Shown here one piece after another: positions 19,053 to 26,519 of a stretch of 64,000 nucleotides of DNA (position 1 is its first letter; every line of letters starts with the position of its first letter). The DNA comes from an uncultured delta proteobacterium (GTDB taxonomy: Bacteria; Bdellovibrionota; FAC87; UBA2466), in assembly GCA_963778115.1 (NCBI GenBank), contig CAVZSV010000004.1, forward strand, positions 800,001 to 864,000. The letters are read 5' to 3'. The translations under genes and the position numbers were made by a program. The notes under the pieces are model-generated. The model was not told the origin of the DNA and did no database searches. It saw nothing but the letters and a program-made list of their open reading frames with translations.

Positions 19053-19069
19053 GTGACGTTTTACGTCAC
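19053..19069. promoter_or_regulatory. Palindromic operator / putative enhancer-binding site
   Basis: GTGACGT-TTT-ACGTCAC perfect 7-3-7 palindrome about 73 nt upstream of the -24 GG. Confidence 0.55.
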
Positions 19070-19239
19070 TCGTCTGATTTTTCCCGATTCCTTCCTGGGT
19101 TGACTGGGGTTTCGATAGGAAAAGGCGAAGACGCCATGAGATGAGCCCTTTACCACGTAAAATCTAATACTTAGCCCCCTCGACAAGGTTATGGACAACT
19201 CTCACTTCTCGTCGATTACCTTCCTTTCGGACGCTATTT

Positions 19240-21360
19240 ATGCGATATTCCACGACCATGTTTACGGTAAAGTACTTACCGACGCTTCCGTCACTACTCA
19301 GTAGCAACAAGATCCCGCTCATCCATCGTGATGTCAGTTGGATTCAGTTCAACGAACGAGTGCTGGATGAAGCTCGCCAATCGAATAATCCCATTCTGGA
19401 GCGCGCTAAGTTTCTAGCGATCTCAGCGTCGAATCTCGACGAATTTTTCATGATCCGCGCGGCTTCCATCGAAAGATCGATAGGAACTCGCCAGAGAAAA
19501 ATGGAATGGAAAGAGGTCCGTCGTCTTATCAAAGTCCGCGCCAGTATTCTTGAAGGCGTTGCCGAATTTATTTCTAGGCAAGTAGAGACCTTAGATATCT
19601 TGACTCAAGCTTTAGTGCCTCACGGAATTCGAATTGTTCGCTCCGTAACTCCCGAAGACCCGGCGTACGATATTGGAAAGAAATTATTTGAAGAGCAGGT
19701 GCTTCCCAAAATTCGTCCGCCCGAGTCCTTTAGCTTCTATAAATTAAATCAGCTAGAGAACCTTCAAACGGCTGCAATTTTCCCCGGAGATCTTTGGGTC
19801 CGTATTCCCCGCTCCATTCCTTCCATGCTGTGGACTAAGACCGAAGGCGAAAAGACTCAGTACTATTTCTTTTTCTTAGATGAGTTGCTGGCCACCCATT
19901 TATGGCCGTCTTCCGCACAGAAATGGAAACCGGGATTTGTGCGTTTGACTCGGGACGGGGACTTTACTCTCGACTTCGAAGATCAAGATCCGGAATCTAT
20001 CCCGGATGTAGTCATGACCCGACTGAACACACGGGAAAGAGGCCGTCCCATTCGACTTCAGTATTCCGGGGGACTTGCTCCCGACTTTCTGGATCGCTGC
20101 CGATCGTCCCTAAAATTGTTATCGCAACAGGTAGTACCGGCGGCTGGAACCATGTATCTTCACGGACTTTGGACTTTGGTGAATACGGCGGCCGTTGATG
20201 TGAAAGCTGGCGAACTCACCTATCCGCCTCTGCAATCTCGAGTTCCGGAGCCTTTTCATGCGGATAGGGACATTTTCTCCAAGATTCGCGAAAGAGATTA
20301 CCTGCTGCACCATCCTTACGATTCTTTCGATACGTATGTCCGCTGGATCCAAGCAGCCTGTAAAGATCCTCTCGTTGAGAGCATCGAGCAAACGGTCTAC
20401 CGAATGGATGCTCTTTCGCCAATCATTGATGCTCTTAAAGATGCGGCCAAGGAAAAGAAAGTCGGCGTCGTCATTGAACTCAGAGCGAGATTCGACGAGT
20501 TAAATAATCTTCGTTTGGCGGAGCAGCTCGAAAAGGCGGGAGTACAAGTTGCTTTCGGGTTTGGCGCTTTAAAAGTGCACGCGAAAGTTGCCCTAGTCAC
20601 CCGAAACGAGGACGGACAAAAGCGGCTTTACACCCATCTCTCCACGGGGAACTACAACGCAGCCACCGCGCGTGCCTACACCGATTTAGCGATCTTGACA
20701 GCCCATCCGGAAATCGGAGCCGATGCCAGACATTTTTTTGACTCCCTTTACAAAGGGGAAATCCCCCATACGTTCCGTCAATTGGTAATCGCCCCCACGA
20801 AACTCGCTCGGCGTTTGCAAAATTTAATTGAAGCCGAAGCCGAGGCCGCTCGCGCCGGAAAAAAGGCTCGAATCGTTGCCAAAGTAAATGCGCTCGTGGA
20901 TGAAGGCATTATCGAGAGTCTCTACGCCGCTTCTCAGGCTGGAGTTCAAGTCGACCTGATTGTGCGCGGAGCTTGTTCTTTAATTCCTGGTGTAAGAGGG
21001 CTTAGTGAAAATATTCGTGTGGTCAGTATCGTCGATAGATTCCTGGAACATAGTCGAATTTATTACTTTGAAAGTGCCAAACGCATGTACCTTTCCAGTG
21101 CCGACTGGATGCCCAGAAACTTTTTTTCGCGGCTAGAAATAGCTTTCCCTGTTCTCGACCCTCGCCTTTATTCGCATCTGGAACAGGTAGTGATTCCCGC
21201 TTATCTTGCGGATACGGCAAAAGCGCGCGAGTTAACTCATTCGGGAACTTGGAAAAAAAGGGTGGCCAAGTCAGATTCCCCAGCGATTCGATCTCAAGTA
21301 TTCTTCAGGGAGTTAGCTATTCATGAGTACAAAGGAACCCCGCTCGAAAACAAATTCTAA
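19240..21360 (+). CDS. ppk1: Polyphosphate kinase 1 (start may be 19258)
   Basis: SWIQFNERVL, SNLDEFFMIR, LHHPYDSF, ELRARFDE, KVHAK, DRFLEHSR, SADWMPRN. Confidence 0.96.
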   Translation: MRYSTTMFTVKYLPTLPSLLSSNKIPLIHRDVSWIQFNERVLDEARQSNNPILERAKFLAISASNLDEFFMIRAASIERSIGTRQRKMEWKEVRRLIKVRASILEGVAEFISRQVETLDILTQALVPHGIRIVRSVTPEDPAYDIGKKLFEEQVLPKIRPPESFSFYKLNQLENLQTAAIFPGDLWVRIPRSIPSMLWTKTEGEKTQYYFFFLDELLATHLWPSSAQKWKPGFVRLTRDGDFTLDFEDQDPESIPDVVMTRLNTRERGRPIRLQYSGGLAPDFLDRCRSSLKLLSQQVVPAAGTMYLHGLWTLVNTAAVDVKAGELTYPPLQSRVPEPFHADRDIFSKIRERDYLLHHPYDSFDTYVRWIQAACKDPLVESIEQTVYRMDALSPIIDALKDAAKEKKVGVVIELRARFDELNNLRLAEQLEKAGVQVAFGFGALKVHAKVALVTRNEDGQKRLYTHLSTGNYNAATARAYTDLAILTAHPEIGADARHFFDSLYKGEIPHTFRQLVIAPTKLARRLQNLIEAEAEAARAGKKARIVAKVNALVDEGIIESLYAASQAGVQVDLIVRGACSLIPGVRGLSENIRVVSIVDRFLEHSRIYYFESAKRMYLSSADWMPRNFFSRLEIAFPVLDPRLYSHLEQVVIPAYLADTAKARELTHSGTWKKRVAKSDSPAIRSQVFFRELAIHEYKGTPLENKF

Positions 21361-21844
21361 CGCCAAGCGATTGGTAATCGTTCGCCATGCGCATCGGGAC
21401 AAGCCCATGGGTAGCGCCTTTGATAACGGAATCAGCAAAAAAGGGCGAAAACAGGCCAAGGCCATCGTAAAACTTTACCGAGAAAGGTTTGACGATGAGA
21501 TGGCGCTTATCTATTCGAGTCCCAAACTTCGTTGTATTGAAACCGTGGAACCTCTAGCGAGTAAAATTGCTTCAAAAATTGTTCCCCTAGATCTCCTTAT
21601 CGAAAGTGGCCCGGAAGAAGGGCCCGAAGATTTGGTCCGACGGGTACGTCAGTTTTGTACCCAATGGAAAAAAGAGAGTTCTCCTATTGTAATCGCTTGC
21701 TCTCATGGAGATTGGATACCTGTCTTTTTTCAAGAGTTGGTGGGAACGCCTATCGATTTGAAAAAGGGCGCTTGGGCGGAAATCGAATCCAAGAACGGAG
21801 AAACCAAACTCACTTGGATCGTTCAGGAACCGCTAATCGTCTAA
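21323..21844 (+). CDS. Histidine phosphatase family protein (SixA-like)
   Basis: RHA motif, SSPKLRCIET, SHG. Confidence 0.8.
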   Translation: MSTKEPRSKTNSNAKRLVIVRHAHRDKPMGSAFDNGISKKGRKQAKAIVKLYRERFDDEMALIYSSPKLRCIETVEPLASKIASKIVPLDLLIESGPEEGPEDLVRRVRQFCTQWKKESSPIVIACSHGDWIPVFFQELVGTPIDLKKGAWAEIESKNGETKLTWIVQEPLIV

Positions 21845-23208
21845 TTCCCATTGGCTTCGTCCAAAGGAACTTCTCGAATGAGAGTGCTGTCGGGCGAATT
21901 TCCGTTGTGCGCCTGTATTAGCCGCCGAAAGTAGTCCGCCGAAGGACGGGGAATTCTCCGGAAATTCTTATAGTCGATCTCGACAAGACCGAATCTAGGA
22001 TCAAAGCCTTTGATCCATTCAAAATTATCAATGAGCGACCAATAATAATATCCACGCACGTCAATCCCATTGCGAATGGCGGAAGCTACTTCCGCCAAAT
22101 GGCTCTTCAGATATTCTTTCCTCAACTGATCGGAGGGATCGGCAATTCCATTTTCAGTGATGTAGATGGGAAGTTTATAACGTTTCACGAAACGGAGCAT
22201 GCGGCCTAAGCCACGGCTATGTAACGCCCATCCCAATTGAGAAATTTTATTGTGCTTCCTCGCAAAACTGACTCCCACCGGCAGCCACTCTCTATTGCCG
22301 TAACTAAAACCCTCTTTCGGAGTCTGCCCCCAGTGCAAGTAGCATTTGGTATAGTAATTCACGCCGATAAAATCGGTTGAGACTTTTCCAAGAGCTTCTT
22401 TAACCGGAGGCGCGTAGCCAATCAACCCTCTGACACCGAAATGTTGAGGAGCCCCCGTCACTGCATCAAGCCACGCTCGGTTGTAGAGTCTTCGAAATAG
22501 ACTCGCCATCCAATTTTCCACCGGGTGCCATCGCCTAGAGGGTTTGAAATCTAACATATTGTGGGCAAATCCCACCTCTAGCGGCATTTCCCTCCAGGGT
22601 CCCTGTCGAGTCCCTGCATAACTGCGAAGCACTTCATAAGCTTTGAGATGAGCGATAAACAGATTTCGGCAGGCTTTTCCCAATTTCTGGGGCGCGAACT
22701 CGGCGGGCGGCATGAAGCTTCCTACATAGGCCCCAATCGCTAGCGTCACCGGCTCGTTGACTGTACACCAAAGAGGAACAATGGCGCCTAACTTGGAAGC
22801 CACCTTTTTAGTATATTGCTCAAACCGCTCGGGCCACTCTCGCCAGCAAAGGCCGCCTTGATCGGCTACCCACTGAGGGAGAGTGAAATGATGCAGGGTT
22901 GCCATGGGGATGAGATGGCGCCTGTCGCACTCCTGAACCAGACGGACATACCACTCAAGGGCCTGTTCGTCCCATTTTCCGGGTTCTGGTTCAATCCGCG
23001 ACCATTCGATGGAAAATCGGTAACTGTCCAATCCTAATTTTTCGGCAAGTTGAAGATCTTCGGAAAAGCGGTGCCAATGGTCGGTAGCCTGCCCCGACAT
23101 AACTTTATTCTCTATGTGTCCTTGTTCTTCCCAACGCCACCAATCATTATGCCGATTTCCGCCCTCGATTTGATGACTGCTCGTTGCGGCTCCCCAGAGA
23201 AAAGGCAT
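21841..23208 (-). CDS. Glycoside hydrolase family 1 (beta-glucosidase-like)
   Basis: FLWGAATSSHQIEG, YRFSIEWSRIEP, TVNEP (acid/base), YITENG (nucleophile), WSLIDNFEW. Confidence 0.93.
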   Translation of the reverse strand: MPFLWGAATSSHQIEGGNRHNDWWRWEEQGHIENKVMSGQATDHWHRFSEDLQLAEKLGLDSYRFSIEWSRIEPEPGKWDEQALEWYVRLVQECDRRHLIPMATLHHFTLPQWVADQGGLCWREWPERFEQYTKKVASKLGAIVPLWCTVNEPVTLAIGAYVGSFMPPAEFAPQKLGKACRNLFIAHLKAYEVLRSYAGTRQGPWREMPLEVGFAHNMLDFKPSRRWHPVENWMASLFRRLYNRAWLDAVTGAPQHFGVRGLIGYAPPVKEALGKVSTDFIGVNYYTKCYLHWGQTPKEGFSYGNREWLPVGVSFARKHNKISQLGWALHSRGLGRMLRFVKRYKLPIYITENGIADPSDQLRKEYLKSHLAEVASAIRNGIDVRGYYYWSLIDNFEWIKGFDPRFGLVEIDYKNFRRIPRPSADYFRRLIQAHNGNSPDSTLIREVPLDEANGN

Positions 23209-24397
23209 GGTGGCTATCTTTAGTTGAATCGACTGTTAGTAAGTTAGGACTCGTCATTACAGCAAGCCCCCCGGGCATGATCTTAAGTGCATTGCCACGC
23301 CACTGAATGGTGCTACCACACGCCATGTGGAGCCATAAGGGAAAGGCAAGAACTTCGCGCAGGAGCCAAGCAAAAATCGTCTTGATGTTAATTGTAGATC
23401 CGAAGCGCGATATCATCAACATGTCACAGACAGCCCATATACTTAAATGGATCGCTAGGAACAGTCCGATGGGGAAACCCAGAAACCAATGGAACGCCAG
23501 AGCTCCCAAAACGCCCGCGGGCAGACCATTTACCAAAGGCTCCATAAAAAAGGCGAAAGGAGCCTGAGATTTGCGGATTCGTCCCCACCGAATATGACGA
23601 TTCCAGAATTTCGAAAATTCGTAGCTTCCAATATGTTGTTTGATCGGTTCGTACATGACCACCACTTTGAGACCCAATCTCTGGACCGCTTGTCCCATCA
23701 TATTGTCTTCAGCGATGTAATGGGAGAGATTCTGAATTCCTCCAAAACGTTCCGCTGTCGATTTGCGAAAGCACATCGATTTGCCGATGACAAAGGGCTT
23801 TCCCAAAGCCTCCGCTAGATGTGTCCAACGCGCGTAAAACGTATTTAGGGATACCGCTTCCAGTCTTCCCCCCACCCCGAGCGGGTTTCGTCCTGCCACT
23901 ACCGCCGTCACTACCCCCACTTCCGGACGCAAATGGCGACGCATTCGTCGTAAATAGTCGGGATCAACCCTGGTATTGCTGTCATTGATAAGAATCCAGT
24001 CGTACCTGGCAAGATCGTACGATCGAACGAGGTTGTTCACTTTGGGATTGGGTCCAACCTCCACGTCACCAACAATGACGGACGCGGGAACCGAAGGATA
24101 TTTCTCAAGTAAGGATTGTAACACGGGGAGGACGGGATCTTTGGCATCAGCAACTGAAAATAAGATTTCGTAAGAGGGGTAATCGAGATGGAAAAAGGAA
24201 TCTAAATTTTCCAATATTCCCTGCTCAACCCCTTTGAGAGGTTTTAACACGGAGATGGGAAAATAGTGCAGACGCTCTTCGGAAGCGTTTCGCGACCTAC
24301 GCAACTGCTGGAGAGAAACCCACGTCCCCCAGACCGTAAGGCCAGTTGCTAGCGCCCACAGGCTTGCCCAGACTGAGCTTAGTACGATGGTCAGCAT
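23147..24397 (-). CDS. Ceramide glucosyltransferase / HpnI-like glycosyltransferase (GT21)
   Basis: N-terminal TM; SVLKPLKG, NPKVNNL, DSN, AED, RHIRW; AGGAGG SD. Confidence 0.85.
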   Translation of the reverse strand: MLTIVLSSVWASLWALATGLTVWGTWVSLQQLRRSRNASEERLHYFPISVLKPLKGVEQGILENLDSFFHLDYPSYEILFSVADAKDPVLPVLQSLLEKYPSVPASVIVGDVEVGPNPKVNNLVRSYDLARYDWILINDSNTRVDPDYLRRMRRHLRPEVGVVTAVVAGRNPLGVGGRLEAVSLNTFYARWTHLAEALGKPFVIGKSMCFRKSTAERFGGIQNLSHYIAEDNMMGQAVQRLGLKVVVMYEPIKQHIGSYEFSKFWNRHIRWGRIRKSQAPFAFFMEPLVNGLPAGVLGALAFHWFLGFPIGLFLAIHLSIWAVCDMLMISRFGSTINIKTIFAWLLREVLAFPLWLHMACGSTIQWRGNALKIMPGGLAVMTSPNLLTVDSTKDSHHAFSLGSRNEQSSNRGRKSA

Positions 24398-25094
24398 CAG
24401 TGATCGTTACCTCCTGATAATAGCGAAAATCGATCTGCTGTTTTTTGATAGCTCTTAAGATCGCTTCAGGATGTTTTTCACAATCAAGGACAGTCTTCCA
24501 CGCGTTGATCTGTTGCGGCCGGTGCAAGTCGCTCGAAGCAATCTTCGGTAATTTCGTATTTTTCACTTCGTCGAAAATAAATCGGCCGCTCGCGACTTCC
24601 CACGCGTCAAAAGCGTCCACCAGCTCTTCTCTTCGGTTCCATATGTGGTACGTCTGTTTTTCGTAAAGACGCGTCCACACGGGATGAGCGGCCACTGCCA
24701 GAGCCCCTTGTGCACGAATCGCTTTGGCTAAGTCAGCGACGTCCCCATTGGCTGAAACAAAATCGGTAATTCCAAGTCCTAAGACGTGAGCCGAGCGGTG
24801 ATTGGAAATAGAATTCTTAGTGAGTTCGAAACCAGGAATGACAACCATTTTGTACTGGTTCCATGCCCGCTCGCCTTCAGATTTCAGTATTTCCCAGTAG
24901 AGGGGAAAAGTGGCTGGCGTCAGCGAACACCCCAAGTAGGCGGAAGCTTTTCCCAATACAGTCATAGTTTCGCAGAGATGATCGGTAATAGCAATCGCCC
25001 CGAAACCTCTCGACCCATAGAGGTCGATAACATCGGGGACGGACATGATTCCGTCGCTAAAATTCGAGTGAACATGAAAGTCAGCGAGAAACAT
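24297..25094 (-). CDS. PHP-domain phosphoesterase
   Basis: DFHVHSNFSDG, AITDH, AAHP, SSDLH. Confidence 0.88.
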   Translation of the reverse strand: MFLADFHVHSNFSDGIMSVPDVIDLYGSRGFGAIAITDHLCETMTVLGKASAYLGCSLTPATFPLYWEILKSEGERAWNQYKMVVIPGFELTKNSISNHRSAHVLGLGITDFVSANGDVADLAKAIRAQGALAVAAHPVWTRLYEKQTYHIWNRREELVDAFDAWEVASGRFIFDEVKNTKLPKIASSDLHRPQQINAWKTVLDCEKHPEAILRAIKKQQIDFRYYQEVTITDADHRTKLSLGKPVGASNWPYGLGDVGFSPAVA

Positions 25095-25150
25095 ACCTAT
25101 ATGATCGGTTGCTGATGTCGGGAACGTATTAGGGCAGATTTAGGATCGTG

Positions 25151-26392
25151 TTAGCGATTAGGTTTTACCGTATAGGCAACAGCCCCTGTCACGCACGTTA
25201 ATACCGCTCCCACCCAGAAGGGGGCGCCTGGGTGCCATTCGAACAGAAAGCCAGAGACGGAAGGGCCAATCACTCTTCCCAACGCCGACAGGGATTGTCC
25301 TATACCAAGTGCGCCTCCTTGTTCATCTTTATCGACGGAACGAGAGAGCAGGCTCGTTAGGGACGGATTTACTAAGCCTGAACCCACGGCAAGCAGCATT
25401 GATACGGGTAAGAGCATGGCGAAGCCGGCTACCCAACCCACTACGGGAATTAGAGCCAAGCTCAGACTAACGGCCGCCATTCCAAAGAGAAGTAACTTCT
25501 TTTCCCCAAATCGTTTCGCTAGTCGGCCGATAAGTCCACCCTGAACGATAGTAGCGGTCACTCCGACGACAAGGAGCACATAAGTCGTTAACGTTGCGGC
25601 GTGTCGAGAATGGGCCGCCGAATGAGGCTCGGCAAAGAGCCAGGTACTCTCGATAAAAAGCCCTAAAACTTGCTCCATGAGGGAGAAAGAGAGGGTATAG
25701 GTCAAAAATACCAAAAAGATCTGGGTAACCCCCGGATGTCGGGCGGCATGTTTAAGCGCTTTTAGAGAAAACGCCCGATGAGAGACAATAGCGGCGACCC
25801 CTTTGCTTCGTGTCTCGGGAAGTCGAAAATACGCCAGTATCCAGTTAATGGAGCTTAATCCCGCCGCCACAAAGGCAGGAACCGCAAGACCAAAGCGGAC
25901 CATCGATCCGCCCAGCGCCGGTCCAAAAATAAAGCCCAAACCGAAAGCAGCCCCGATAAGTCCCATCCCCTTCGCCCGCTTCTCGGGGGGAGTACAGTCG
26001 GCGATAATGGCTTGTGCGGTACCGATATTGGCGCTGCCGAAACCCGCTAACATTCGAGAGAGAAAAAGAACCGTCAGCGATCCCGAGACACCAAAGATCA
26101 CATAGCCAACCACGGTAGTAGCGATGCTAATCAGCATTACCGGTCGACGCCCAATCTTATCTGAAAGCCTTCCCCAAAAGGGAGCAAACAGAAATTGCAT
26201 CAAGGAAAAGGAGGCCCCCAACAAAGTCACCGTCGCGGGACTGGCTCCCAACGACTCCGCATAGAAGGGCTGAATGGGAATGATGATTCCAAACCCCACC
26301 AGATCCAAAAACACCGTAAAAAATACAATCCCTAGCGTTCGTCTCTGGACGGCTTCGGAATGGTTCGGAGTCGGACTAGATGGTGAGGTCAT
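25151..26392 (-). CDS. MFS transporter, TetA/DHA1-like
   Basis: DLVGFGIIIP, GRLSDKIGRRP, GLGFIFGPALGG. Confidence 0.9.
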   Translation of the reverse strand: MTSPSSPTPNHSEAVQRRTLGIVFFTVFLDLVGFGIIIPIQPFYAESLGASPATVTLLGASFSLMQFLFAPFWGRLSDKIGRRPVMLISIATTVVGYVIFGVSGSLTVLFLSRMLAGFGSANIGTAQAIIADCTPPEKRAKGMGLIGAAFGLGFIFGPALGGSMVRFGLAVPAFVAAGLSSINWILAYFRLPETRSKGVAAIVSHRAFSLKALKHAARHPGVTQIFLVFLTYTLSFSLMEQVLGLFIESTWLFAEPHSAAHSRHAATLTTYVLLVVGVTATIVQGGLIGRLAKRFGEKKLLLFGMAAVSLSLALIPVVGWVAGFAMLLPVSMLLAVGSGLVNPSLTSLLSRSVDKDEQGGALGIGQSLSALGRVIGPSVSGFLFEWHPGAPFWVGAVLTCVTGAVAYTVKPNR

Positions 26393-26450
26393 GTTTTCCT
26401 TTTTGAAGAATCATAAACGGGACAAAGTGATGTGCCAACAGACAATAACC

Positions 26451-26509
26451 CAAAAGGTATCCGTTACTTTCAGTCCAAGGTACGGACTGAAAGTAACGGA
26501 TACCTTTTG
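26451..26509. repeat. Perfect 26-bp inverted repeat with 7-nt loop (REP-doublet-like; may also act as a terminator)
   Basis: CAAAAGGTATCCGTTACTTTCAGTCC (26451-26476) and its exact reverse complement (26484-26509). Confidence 0.9.
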
Positions 26510-26519
26510 ATAGCGAGAA

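Noticed and set aside
23147..24397. Assigning gene symbol hpnI
   Set aside because: GT21 motifs do not distinguish hopanoid from ceramide acceptors, and no hpn cluster is present in the window
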